This document shows, piece by piece, positions 29,114-38,054 of a DNA stretch of 64,000 bases. The notes under the pieces are model-generated. The model did not search any database, was not told the origin of the DNA, and saw only the letters and a program-made list of their open reading frames with translations. Source of the DNA: a virus (taxonomy: Duplodnaviria > Caudoviricetes); IMG/VR virus record IMGVR_UViG_3300045257_000280, positions 1,377 through 65,376 of that record; one strand, 5' to 3'. Both the position numbers and the translations under genes were made by a program. Within the stretch, counting starts at the first letter, position 1, and every line of letters starts with the position of its first letter.

Positions 29114-29287
29114 TTACGCTCCTGATTTCCTTCGAACCGCCCCCGGCCGAATATTCGACACGTCCATCTCGGACGTTTTCTTGCAGCCCGGCAAGCGCGA
29201 TGCCACGTACTCATCGATCGCCGCGCTCACAACCCGATCGGTCGAGCAGACGATCTCCGGGGACACCTCGGTTTTGAACACGCTCAT
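29114..29287 (-). CDS. Small head-region protein (57 aa)
   Basis: Manual translation MSVFKTEVSPEIVCSTDRVV...RKSGA; ATGA overlap with the upstream gene. Confidence 0.55.
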   Translation of the reverse strand: MSVFKTEVSPEIVCSTDRVVSAAIDEYVASRLPGCKKTSEMDVSNIRPGAVRRKSGA

Positions 29288-29667
29288 GCGGCAGCCGCCT
29301 GTTGCTGGCTGCCGCCCTGCTTCTGGGCCGCCATGGCTTTGAGCTGCTGGACCTGCTGGTTGTTCTGTCCCTGCTTCATCGCCGTGGCTTCGAGCTGGTT
29401 GCGATTGGCAGCCGGCGTCATCGAGCCTGGCGGTACGAACTTGGCCAACTTCTTGATCATGTCGAGCAATGCCTGACCGGGTTCGGAATTGGCACCGAGA
29501 AGCGGCAGGGCATCCTGGAGATTCTGAAGGGCAACGCCCAGCTTCTGCAACCCGGCCGCCTCGTGACCGCGGTTAGCAGTCGGCGCGACGGCCGGCGTCT
29601 GACCAAAAGGAGCTTGCGGCGCTTGAGGGGGTTGACCGGGAACAGGAGCTGGGGTGCCATCAGGCAT
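29284..29667 (-). CDS. Pro/Gln-rich head-assembly region protein
   Basis: Start MPDGTPAP follows the micropeptide stop. Confidence 0.6.
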   Translation of the reverse strand: MPDGTPAPVPGQPPQAPQAPFGQTPAVAPTANRGHEAAGLQKLGVALQNLQDALPLLGANSEPGQALLDMIKKLAKFVPPGSMTPAANRNQLEATAMKQGQNNQQVQQLKAMAAQKQGGSQQQAAAA

Positions 29668-29671
29668 GGGC

Positions 29672-29719
29672 TTACTTGCGGCCCTTGCGATGCTTGCGCT
29701 TGCCACGAGTGAACTGCAT
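29672..29719 (-). CDS. 15-aa basic micropeptide MQFTRGKRKHRKGRK
   Basis: GGAG RBS 7 nt upstream of ATG; first ORF of the head operon. Confidence 0.6.
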   Translation of the reverse strand: MQFTRGKRKHRKGRK

Positions 29720-29877
29720 TTGCGTTCTCCGTTGCGAGGTTGCTTCGCGTCAGGCCCCGGATGGGCACCGACATCAAGACACTATCCTCCCGTAACGGAT
29801 GAAAGACCTAGTTTACTTCTCTGAATTATAGTGTATTTTACTTGCGTTCCGTTGCTGTCAGTTCCCGTCAGGAAAAA

Positions 29878-30084
29878 ATGGCGCCTGCAAACGGCCAAAA
29901 GAAAAGTCGCCGCTTCATATCGTCAAAAGAAGCGGCCGACGAACTCGGCGTGTTGCCATCCACTGTCTGGAGATGGATCCGGGAAAAAAAGAAAAACTGT
30001 TTTCCAACGAAGCGCGTCGGGCAAAAAATACTGATCCCCCGGCAAAAATTCGAAGACTGGTGCGAAACTACCGACACCATTTAG
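29878..30084 (+). CDS. Excisionase/MerR-like HTH DNA-binding protein
   Basis: ISSKEAADELGVLPSTVWRWI..FP.KRVG.KILIPR..FEDW. Confidence 0.8.
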   Translation: MAPANGQKKSRRFISSKEAADELGVLPSTVWRWIREKKKNCFPTKRVGQKILIPRQKFEDWCETTDTI

Positions 30085-30092
30085 AGGATTCC

Positions 30093-30434
30093 ATGCACAG
30101 CATCACAGTCGTATTCGGCCCCGCATCGCTGCGTTTTTTGTTTCGGAGCAAAGAAAGAACCGAACAGTTCCGCGCTTTCCGTACCGATCACCCGACCCAG
30201 GACCTAATCATCGACGACGATTTCGGCCAGCATGCCGAGATCAAGGCATTGTCGATCCACGGCATCGTGATCGAGGATTTGGATCAGTCGAAAATGTCGG
30301 CGGTGGAGATGATGCTGCACGACGCACGAACGCGCGCCACCGCTCAAAGCCGCGCGCAATCCGATACGCAATTACGCTCGGCAGGACGCGGGCCTTCGGT
30401 GCTTACCCCGATGGGCGGAATGAACGGCGGCTGA
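30093..30434 (+). CDS. Hypothetical protein
   Basis: MHSITVVFG start with GAGG RBS. Confidence 0.6.
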   Translation: MHSITVVFGPASLRFLFRSKERTEQFRAFRTDHPTQDLIIDDDFGQHAEIKALSIHGIVIEDLDQSKMSAVEMMLHDARTRATAQSRAQSDTQLRSAGRGPSVLTPMGGMNGG

Positions 30435-30435
30435 T

Positions 30436-32184
30436 TTACTTATGATGCCCGCCACCCTTGGCGAGTAGCTTGTAGGCCGCCTCGGGATCGACTTGAAGCA
30501 GTTTCTCGAACATCGCGTGCTCGCTCTCCTGCTTCTTGCGAAACGCCTGAATGGCGGTTTCCTTGTTGGGCAGTTGGGTGTTGTTAATGACGAATTCCCC
30601 ATCGACGATCCCCCGCGCGTTCGCCGCAAACACCAACTGCTCGTTCTCGTCCGCGAATATCGGCGACGACGAATGGCTGTCCACCGTGACTCGCCAATCG
30701 TCCGGCAAGTCTGACAACAGAAAGCTGGTTTCCTCCACGTCTTGAATCGGCTTGTCGGCCTTGGTCCAATAGCGTTGCGGGTCTTTCAATTCCATGAGCG
30801 TTAAAGTCAAATCCGCCGCCGCCGCGCATTGCTGCTCGACCAGAAGCGAACGATCCCGCAGGTCCGGCGAAGCGGTCTTCATCAGCGTATTGGCGTGCGA
30901 TCCGGCCCGCACCCCCGGCTCGCCCTGGCCCTGCATGATGGGTGGGAAACCCAAGATCGTATTGATGGTCTCCATCAGCCACTTGACCATTGGCATAAGT
31001 TCGGGCGGGATTTTCGGTGTCAAATCCTCGACCTTTGCGCCCATACCAAGATTGACGTAACCAGCCATGCGGGCCTGGGCGTAAAGCTCATCGGTCATGC
31101 CGGTCTCGCCGGAAAAACCGAGAAACTTGTCGATCTGCACCCCCATGAGGCGACGCGCGTCGTCGCACCACGCCGACAGCAATTGCTGCGGTTCGATCAC
31201 ATCCACCAACTCGCTGCGCCCCCAAATCCAGTCGGTAGTCTCGTTGGGCTGGATAATCCGGTACGGCTGAAGACGTGAATTCTGGGCGAGAAGATTCTGC
31301 TTGCGGGTCACCACCTCGTCGCGGCCGACTTTCGTGTGCAACGGCGTGATCAAGATATCAGGCTCGATCATCTGGATGGTGGTGTAATCCTTCTCGTCCT
31401 GCACCCACAATTCGTGCATCTGGATCACGTCGGGCGCGATGGTGGGTCCCATCAGCGAGTAATTCGGATCGCTGTTGAGCTGCACGATACCACCCGGCAT
31501 CGAGCTGATCGCCCCGCCGGTATTGAGCTGCGAGGTGGACAGCACCTGATGGAAAAACGAGTTCGGTTCGGAACCGGCGTCGCCACGGGCGGTATGCGAA
31601 CGAATGCGCTCAAGCAATTGTTTGGCGGCCGGCATTCGCCAGATGCGTTGCCAGACTTCCTCCAGCGTGAGCGTCATGGTTTCGCAAATGACCGGCTGCT
31701 CGTCGAGCGGACGATCCTCGCGCCACACCCCCATGTTCCACGGCATCACCAGCCGATCCTTGTAGACCGGCTTGTCGTCATCGTCCGTGACCGACCATTG
31801 TTTGAGAAAGGTGGCGCCGTACTTCAACGCCTCAAAAGCGCCGCGGCCGAAGGTGTTGCCGGTGCCGTTGCGTTCCCAATTGAGCGTGAGCTGCTTGGCA
31901 ACTTCCTGGCCGCGCGCGTAATTGTTAGCCGGTTGCGGGTGGTCGAAGCTAAGCGAAAATTTCAACTCGACCGGACTGAAAAGGTGCGCAGCCGTCCTTT
32001 TCAGGCTCGGATTCATCATATTGACGAGCGCCTTGGTGCCGTCGTACTTGCCAGTCTCGGCGATGGCGTTGAGAAGCCGATAGTACGACTTGCGCATGCC
32101 TACGCTGACACGACACTTCTCGATCCAATCGTTGACCTGGACGATCAACTTGGCGTGGTTCGATTCTAAACCGCCTGGAATCAT
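30436..32184 (-). CDS. Portal protein
   Basis: 582 aa downstream of TerL; WIWGRSELVDVIEPQ, ILGFPPIMQG..G.RAG motifs of P22/T7-like portals. Confidence 0.8.
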   Translation of the reverse strand: MIPGGLESNHAKLIVQVNDWIEKCRVSVGMRKSYYRLLNAIAETGKYDGTKALVNMMNPSLKRTAAHLFSPVELKFSLSFDHPQPANNYARGQEVAKQLTLNWERNGTGNTFGRGAFEALKYGATFLKQWSVTDDDDKPVYKDRLVMPWNMGVWREDRPLDEQPVICETMTLTLEEVWQRIWRMPAAKQLLERIRSHTARGDAGSEPNSFFHQVLSTSQLNTGGAISSMPGGIVQLNSDPNYSLMGPTIAPDVIQMHELWVQDEKDYTTIQMIEPDILITPLHTKVGRDEVVTRKQNLLAQNSRLQPYRIIQPNETTDWIWGRSELVDVIEPQQLLSAWCDDARRLMGVQIDKFLGFSGETGMTDELYAQARMAGYVNLGMGAKVEDLTPKIPPELMPMVKWLMETINTILGFPPIMQGQGEPGVRAGSHANTLMKTASPDLRDRSLLVEQQCAAAADLTLTLMELKDPQRYWTKADKPIQDVEETSFLLSDLPDDWRVTVDSHSSSPIFADENEQLVFAANARGIVDGEFVINNTQLPNKETAIQAFRKKQESEHAMFEKLLQVDPEAAYKLLAKGGGHHK

Positions 32185-32717
32185 CGGCCGCTAAACCTCG
32201 CCTGAATCGAATCCATAGCCCGGATACCTGCACGCGGCTGGATGCCTCGGATAGTCTGGCCGTTCACCGTAATGGCCCCATCGGCGGTGCCGGTATCGAT
32301 CGGCGTAGCCGAACCCGTAAAACCTGATTGACCTCCCCGAGCCTTGATCATGTCCATCTGTTTGGTGACTTCGTTCACCACCGGAATGGCCGCAACCTCG
32401 CCCTCGCGGGTGTTGTCCTTCAAATTAGTCACCTTAAGGTGCGACATCTCCGACACTGGCACACCAGCAAAATGTGCGGCAGCCTCGGCACGAGCTGCCG
32501 ATGACTCTTCGAGTTGCCGGTAGCAACCATCGGTCGCCTTGGTCTTGGCGCTACCGATGAACGGCGCCGAGATGACGATCACACCATTCTCATCCGCTTC
32601 CTTCGGCTTGGCCACGTAGTCGCAGCCAGGAAGCGGACAGCGCTCAGGTAAGTCCATTGCCGGGTCCCAAGGAAATGCCTTGCGGCAACCGGGGCACCGG
32701 ATTTGAAACCGACTCAT
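32181..32717 (-). CDS. Zinc-ribbon protein
   Basis: CPGC...CPLPGC at the N-terminus; between TerL and portal. Confidence 0.65.
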   Translation of the reverse strand: MSRFQIRCPGCRKAFPWDPAMDLPERCPLPGCDYVAKPKEADENGVIVISAPFIGSAKTKATDGCYRQLEESSAARAEAAAHFAGVPVSEMSHLKVTNLKDNTREGEVAAIPVVNEVTKQMDMIKARGGQSGFTGSATPIDTGTADGAITVNGQTIRGIQPRAGIRAMDSIQARFSGR

Positions 32718-32896
32718 AAAAAATTCACTGTCATCAGGATTGGCTGTTCGTCCCTTCGCATTGCTGCTTCGCGCACCTCAGCTTCTTTTGCGTAATGCCG
32801 GTAGCGTTCTCTATCGCTTTCGGCTAAATACTGCCATCGAAGCCCAGACAATGTGGCGATACGGACGGCTCTATCTTCTAGGCTAATATTGCTCAT
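32714..32896 (-). CDS. Hypothetical protein
   Basis: Short ORF with GGAGG RBS, coupled to the TerL stop. Confidence 0.5.
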   Translation of the reverse strand: MSNISLEDRAVRIATLSGLRWQYLAESDRERYRHYAKEAEVREAAMRRDEQPILMTVNFL

Positions 32897-34809
32897 CTGT
32901 ACCTCCAACTTGCTCGTTGCATCTGCCGTTGCGTAGTCAACCGCTCGATCCGCTTCGCCTTGAAGAACTGGCTCAACTGATTCTGCTGGAACAGATAAAC
33001 CTGATCGGTCAAGGTGAGCCTCTGCCGCGCCGCTTCCGCGTCCCTAGTCCGGTTAGTGTTGATCAAGTTGCGCCTGACCTTTTCTTCCCAACAGTGGACC
33101 GCGAAAGCCATTGCCATAACTCGATCATCTTTAGACCCTGACGGGACGCCGATGATATCTCCATCACTGGCGTCTCGCGTGACCCGCGTCATCTCCTTGA
33201 TGACCTCGGCCGATCGAATGCGTAGCTTACCCACAGAAACCACGTTGCGCAACTGTTCGAGCATCTGTGACTTAGTGCGCCGGTTCGTCTGAATGTGATA
33301 ATTAAACCCTGCTCCCATAGAATCCACGCGGTTATAAACGTAAGTCTTCACATTACGGAAGACATCCTGAAGCCCTTTATCGCGCACTTCCTTGGACTGA
33401 TAGCCGTTCTCAAGTTGAAATTTTAGACCCTTGAGAGCGCTGAAGACCGCTGCTCCCGGCCCATTCAATTCTAGTGCGTACCGCACCTCGTTCCCAGCTG
33501 AGCCGTACCAACCAAGTAAACTGGCAATGACCCACGCGAGGTGCTGGGCGGTAATCAGCGGCCAAGCATACTCAGCCACCTGATCAAGACCGTCCGCGTA
33601 GCAACGACAAACCTGGATGGCCGAACGAGCATTTGTTTCGGACGTGCCAAAAGCCGGATCAACGCCGATCACATACACGCCATCATTGGAAGCTGGTGGC
33701 TCCCACACCTTCAATTCGATCATCTTCTGATTCGGAGCTTTTAAAACCTGCGTGTAGGCAAACTCGTCGAGCACGATATACATATGCGTTTGGAAATTGT
33801 CGCTAACATTAGCGTTAAACTGGTCGGTCAATTTTTCGGGCGCGAAAAACACCGAACCAGTCTGTTGAAATGCCTCAGATTCTGTCCACGGTTGCTCCTG
33901 TATTTTTAATGGGTTGCCCTCAAATTTTGCATCGGCATCACCTTCCGGCTGCGCTGTAGGATCCATTTTTCGCCTAATCCAACAAAGAGCCTCCATCATA
34001 ATATCATGGTCATAAAGTTCTTTGACTTGTTTAATCTTACGCGCTTCTTCCTCACTAGGCGGCGTTTCGCCGTATAATTTAAAATCGCGGTGATAGCGCG
34101 AGATGCTTTGCGATTCCTTAGACCACCAACCAAGGAAGATGCACTTGCAATGATACGGATCATTGCGGGCTTCTTGCCACATGGTCTCCCACGAGTTGAA
34201 CCCGCGAGCTGTCGATTCGTAGATATAAAGCCGATCAGGATTAGAATCGGACAGCGAATTTTTGAACGACTCCAAACCTTCATCGTTCTGCCAAGAACAC
34301 AATTCCGAGCAATGAGCCAAAGACAAGCCGACCGATCGGCCAAGCGTACCGCTGGTCTTGGTCTGCTTCACACCGGCCGACATAAAAAGAACTTTGGAGT
34401 CATTGCTTAGCGTAAGACCGCCACGGTTATTTTGCTTAATCGACGGAAATTTTAGAGAAGCAGGAAGCTCGTCAATCATTACCTCGATCTCAGCACGAGC
34501 CTCGTTCTTGTTCTCAGCCGAATCAAAAACAATGGCACCCTTCAAACCGGGATGAATACCAATCAAGAAAATACAAAGCGCTCGGATGATCGTGCTGATC
34601 CCGAGCTGCCGGCTTTTCAAAATGTAGATGTCGTGAATGTCGTTTTCCAGCGCATCAAAAATCTCGGTGATCGCTCGACGCTGCCCGTCGTATAAATTCC
34701 GCCCAAGGCAAATTCGACCCGCGTCCTTAGAATTAACCCAGCAACAATTTAAAAATTGGTAGAACGCTTTTTCAGCGGCTACGCGCTTTGCGTGTGGCCA
34801 TCCCGCCAT
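32893..34809 (-). CDS. terL: Terminase large subunit
   Basis: ILKSRQLGIST (Walker A), AHCSE (Walker B), YESTARG (motif C), YVIGVDPA and DDRVMA nuclease motifs. Confidence 0.93.
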   Translation of the reverse strand: MAGWPHAKRVAAEKAFYQFLNCCWVNSKDAGRICLGRNLYDGQRRAITEIFDALENDIHDIYILKSRQLGISTIIRALCIFLIGIHPGLKGAIVFDSAENKNEARAEIEVMIDELPASLKFPSIKQNNRGGLTLSNDSKVLFMSAGVKQTKTSGTLGRSVGLSLAHCSELCSWQNDEGLESFKNSLSDSNPDRLYIYESTARGFNSWETMWQEARNDPYHCKCIFLGWWSKESQSISRYHRDFKLYGETPPSEEEARKIKQVKELYDHDIMMEALCWIRRKMDPTAQPEGDADAKFEGNPLKIQEQPWTESEAFQQTGSVFFAPEKLTDQFNANVSDNFQTHMYIVLDEFAYTQVLKAPNQKMIELKVWEPPASNDGVYVIGVDPAFGTSETNARSAIQVCRCYADGLDQVAEYAWPLITAQHLAWVIASLLGWYGSAGNEVRYALELNGPGAAVFSALKGLKFQLENGYQSKEVRDKGLQDVFRNVKTYVYNRVDSMGAGFNYHIQTNRRTKSQMLEQLRNVVSVGKLRIRSAEVIKEMTRVTRDASDGDIIGVPSGSKDDRVMAMAFAVHCWEEKVRRNLINTNRTRDAEAARQRLTLTDQVYLFQQNQLSQFFKAKRIERLTTQRQMQRASWRYR

Positions 34810-35437
34810 TATAAATCGCTTGCTGGAACGACCAGCCCTTTCGGTACATCCGACTTCGAATAGCACTATAACTCAATCCAAGCGCCCTACAAGCCTGTTT
34901 CAAAGCCATCTTCTTGCCGCCATATACTACCCAAACCGTATTCCGTTTATTATTAGCCTGAACAATCCTCGTCGCCCAGAGGCAATTAGTAGGACTGTAA
35001 TTTTTTAAACTGCTTTTTCGTTCAATCGAATATTCAGCGCTAGGCCGCTCGCCCATGTCTTCTAAAAATCGTACAAAACCACCGTCGCCACGCCATCGGC
35101 TGCAAACGCGAATTCCTCTTGCTCCATAGTATTTATAAGCCTTTTCTTTTTTATTGTAGCACCTTGTCAACATGCCAACCCAAAGTCGGTATTCAACAGT
35201 TTTTGCTTTGCCGTGGGTCGTATTGACTTTGAGCAAAGCTCGCCGAATGCCACACCCGCACGTAGTCGTAAGGCCCGCCCGAAGGCTATAGCCCTTCGTA
35301 ACTTTAAACTTGCCGCAGTCACATTCAACGCGCCAAAGACTATCACCTCGGCCCTTCTCAGGTCGTCCTTCGTAGGACAAAACCCGGAGTTTACCGAAAC
35401 GTTGCCCAACCAAATTATAGTATGGAAGTCTGCTCAT
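34772..35437 (-). CDS. HNH-type homing endonuclease
   Basis: LVGQRFGKL, CDCG, TCGC, M..RCYN, YGARGIRVC.RW, F..FLEDMGERP, SIER, NYSPTNCLWAT..QANN. Confidence 0.88.
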   Translation of the reverse strand: MSRLPYYNLVGQRFGKLRVLSYEGRPEKGRGDSLWRVECDCGKFKVTKGYSLRAGLTTTCGCGIRRALLKVNTTHGKAKTVEYRLWVGMLTRCYNKKEKAYKYYGARGIRVCSRWRGDGGFVRFLEDMGERPSAEYSIERKSSLKNYSPTNCLWATRIVQANNKRNTVWVVYGGKKMALKQACRALGLSYSAIRSRMYRKGWSFQQAIYNGGMATRKARSR

Positions 35438-35575
35438 TAGACTTTATCGCACAAACAAACTTTTATGTCAAGTTGCTAAGCCCCGCCGCCAAGCACCGTC
35501 TTGACTATTTTCGGAACCAAATTTAACTTCGAGCGTTATCCACCGGCATAACTCTAACCCCAGAAGGAAATCCCA

Positions 35576-36034
35576 ATGACTACCAAGTTCGAGGACGCCG
35601 TAGCGGCCCTCAAAGCCCAACACTTCGAGTCCCCCGAGATGGTGCAAGTCCTCGAACTCATGGTCGAGCAAAACGAGCGCATCAAGAACCTCGAAGCCGG
35701 AAATCTGGCCAACAAGCACGCCGTCACGGTACTGGACGCCGCCTCCCAGGCCCACGGTGTCTCGATCGGTTCGCTCGCTCAGGACCGCAATACCCACGCG
35801 CAACGGCTCGCCGAAGTCGTCGCGGCACCGGCAGCCGACAGCAAGAAGGTCGAAGACCTGGAGAAGCGCGTCACCGCCGTCGAAGGCGCGGTCGGCTCCA
35901 AGGTCTGGAAACGGGCCGAAGCACCAAAGCCGATCCTGCCGCTGGCCGATCCGCTCAAGCCCGAGGTGGAAGCCAAGCCTTCGATCTTGCCGAACTTCAT
36001 GCAATCCAAACCGGCCGAAACAGCGGCCGTTTGA
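35576..36034 (+). CDS. Coiled-coil hypothetical protein (own transcription unit)
   Basis: Strong AAGGA RBS, high-GC3 codons, followed by a terminator. Confidence 0.7.
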   Translation: MTTKFEDAVAALKAQHFESPEMVQVLELMVEQNERIKNLEAGNLANKHAVTVLDAASQAHGVSIGSLAQDRNTHAQRLAEVVAAPAADSKKVEDLEKRVTAVEGAVGSKVWKRAEAPKPILPLADPLKPEVEAKPSILPNFMQSKPAETAAV

Positions 36035-36057
36035 TTCGCATCTGGTCTGGCTCAAGA

Positions 36058-36085
36058 GGAACCCGCCGCGAGGCGGGTTTTTCTT
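36058..36085. terminator. Intrinsic terminator between convergent genes
   Basis: AACCCGCC-GCGA-GGCGGGTT followed by TTTCTT. Confidence 0.85.
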
Positions 36086-36323
36086 ATCGCGCCCCAAACG
36101 TCCGCGACTGCAATTTTTTCTGGTCGATCTCCGCAATAGCGGTTTGAATTCGCGTCAGGATGGTGGCCCAAAACTGGCCCTCGTCCTCGGACGCATCGAG
36201 CACCAGCAATTCGACCGGCTTGCCACCGCCCGGAGGCACGACCACGCAGGCGCCGCCGAACTTCGCATCGGCGTTGTGGGCGATGCGGAGCGACATGGTG
36301 TTGAAAGGGTCGGATTCTTTCAT
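36084..36323 (-). CDS. Hypothetical protein
   Basis: 79 aa with GAGG RBS. Confidence 0.6.
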   Translation of the reverse strand: MKESDPFNTMSLRIAHNADAKFGGACVVVPPGGGKPVELLVLDASEDEGQFWATILTRIQTAIAEIDQKKLQSRTFGAR

Positions 36324-36522
36324 ACATCCTCGGTTTCTTTTGGTGTTGAATCTTCCGCAAGCGATTTTTTAACCGCCGACAAATAAGGTTCGGCCAAATT
36401 TTACAAATCAATCTTGTGGTAAATATAACCCGTTTCCGTAAAAGGCCACGGCCCTTCACTTTCAATCCGATAGGATGTAAAGCGGTAACCAGTAATTGGA
36501 TCGGGCTGAACAAATTTTTTCA

Positions 36523-36738
36523 TCAAACGTACCTGTGGGCATAAATCGGCTTGATCTCACTGTTGAGAAACGATCCGACCGAAGCGGCATTGGCGCAAGA
36601 CTGCGCCACGTCCTCGGGCACGCCCGAGTAGGCCGAAGTCTTGCCTGACTTCCACGTTATCAGAAGTTCCTCTTTGTCGGCGTCGTAGGCGACCTCGCTG
36701 ACGTTGGAGCTAAAAACCGATTGGGACCAAGTTGGCAT
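36523..36738 (-). CDS. KTSC domain protein
   Basis: SSNVSEVAYD..L.I.W.SG..AYSGVP...A.SVGSFLNSEIK. Confidence 0.9.
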   Translation of the reverse strand: MPTWSQSVFSSNVSEVAYDADKEELLITWKSGKTSAYSGVPEDVAQSCANAASVGSFLNSEIKPIYAHRYV

Positions 36739-37094
36739 CAATGCCCCCTCATGTTGCTCAGCATAATGTCCTCAATAATTGGCAGAAGCACATCGTCTCT
36801 ATCTTCCACCGTCTCGGTCGAAAAAAGCAAGAACGGAATTTTCAAAATCTGCGGCTTGCGCGGATCGTAGAACACGTTGTCCTTCGGCACCCGCCACAAC
36901 AGAATGCGGCGACGATCCTTGTTGTGGTCACCTAGACTCCAGAATTCCCCGTCACATTCTGGCAAATAGCGAGTCAAATGCGTCTTCGGGTCGGTTTCCA
37001 AAACCAAGATCGGTTTGCGGATATGCGCAGCCCGATCTGGGTGGTCGGCGAACCACTGGCCGTCCGAATCGGATTTGACGAGCGTGACCGTCAT
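36738..37094 (-). CDS. Hypothetical protein
   Basis: Start MTVTLVKS overlapping the FkbM stop. Confidence 0.6.
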   Translation of the reverse strand: MTVTLVKSDSDGQWFADHPDRAAHIRKPILVLETDPKTHLTRYLPECDGEFWSLGDHNKDRRRILLWRVPKDNVFYDPRKPQILKIPFLLFSTETVEDRDDVLLPIIEDIMLSNMRGH

Positions 37095-37912
37095 ACGTAC
37101 TTCACCACCGCTCGGGGCCACGCGTTGCCGACTTTCTCCACCGTGGAGAACAAAATGTTGACGGTGCCGGTCTGATCGTTCGGCTCGAAGATCGTGGTCT
37201 TGTCGGGCACCAGGGTAGGCAGTTCGCCGCCGCGGTACAACAGGAACGTCGAGTAGCCCCACTCGCGCATGAAGCGGCGCAGGCGTTCCTGGGACGACCC
37301 CATGCCCTCCAGGGCCTTGGTGTTCAGCTCGCAGACGATGAACGGGCATGCCGACACCAGATGCTTGGTAGCACCCCGCAGGGCGTGTTCCTCGGCGCCC
37401 TCGATGTCGAGCTTGATGAGCCGCGGCGACGTCGCCCAGGTGCTCAAGGTCGTGGCCTGCAATATCTGCTTGCGCATCATCGGCTGGAAGTCGGCCAGCG
37501 AGTTCATGCCGCCATGCTGGTGATAGTGCAACGTCACATGCTCGTTGGAAGACCACAACGGCCGCTCGCAAACATCGACGTTCTTGATGGCGTTGAGTTT
37601 AAGATTTTCCTTCAGCTTCGGCAGGTTGTTGTCGCCCGGCTCGACCGCCAGCACAATGCCGTTGCGATCGACGAGCTGCGACATGACGAGGGTGAAAAAT
37701 CCAATATTAGCACCGCCGTCGATGGCGAAGTCGCCGGGGCGCAACACGCGCGTCATCAAGTGGACGACCTCGGGTTCGGGGCAGCCGAAGCGCTGCATGC
37801 AGATCATCGTGTCGGCGTCCGGCCCATAGGCCGGGTCGTAGGTCATCTGGAACGCAAACTCGCGTTCGTTGATGGAGAATTTTATGTCAGCTATTTGCTG
37901 TGTGGTAGGCAT
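37091..37912 (-). CDS. FkbM-family SAM-dependent methyltransferase
   Basis: AIDGGANIGFFT, AVEP, LIKLDIEGAEEHALRGA. Confidence 0.92.
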   Translation of the reverse strand: MPTTQQIADIKFSINEREFAFQMTYDPAYGPDADTMICMQRFGCPEPEVVHLMTRVLRPGDFAIDGGANIGFFTLVMSQLVDRNGIVLAVEPGDNNLPKLKENLKLNAIKNVDVCERPLWSSNEHVTLHYHQHGGMNSLADFQPMMRKQILQATTLSTWATSPRLIKLDIEGAEEHALRGATKHLVSACPFIVCELNTKALEGMGSSQERLRRFMREWGYSTFLLYRGGELPTLVPDKTTIFEPNDQTGTVNILFSTVEKVGNAWPRAVVKYV

Positions 37913-38054
37913 GAGCCTTCAACTGCTGGGCAGCCTCTTTGAGTAATTCGCAAAGCTCGTAAGTCTCAATATCCGAGCCGTGCGCGCCCCAAATCTTACG
38001 CTCGTACTTTTTGCTTGCGCGTTCCAGCTTGTCGATCAACTGTTCCAATCGCAT
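37887..38054 (-). CDS. Small hypothetical protein
   Basis: MRLEQLIDKL.., GGAGAAGG RBS. Confidence 0.45.
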   Translation of the reverse strand: MRLEQLIDKLERASKKYERKIWGAHGSDIETYELCELLKEAAQQLKAHAYHTANS

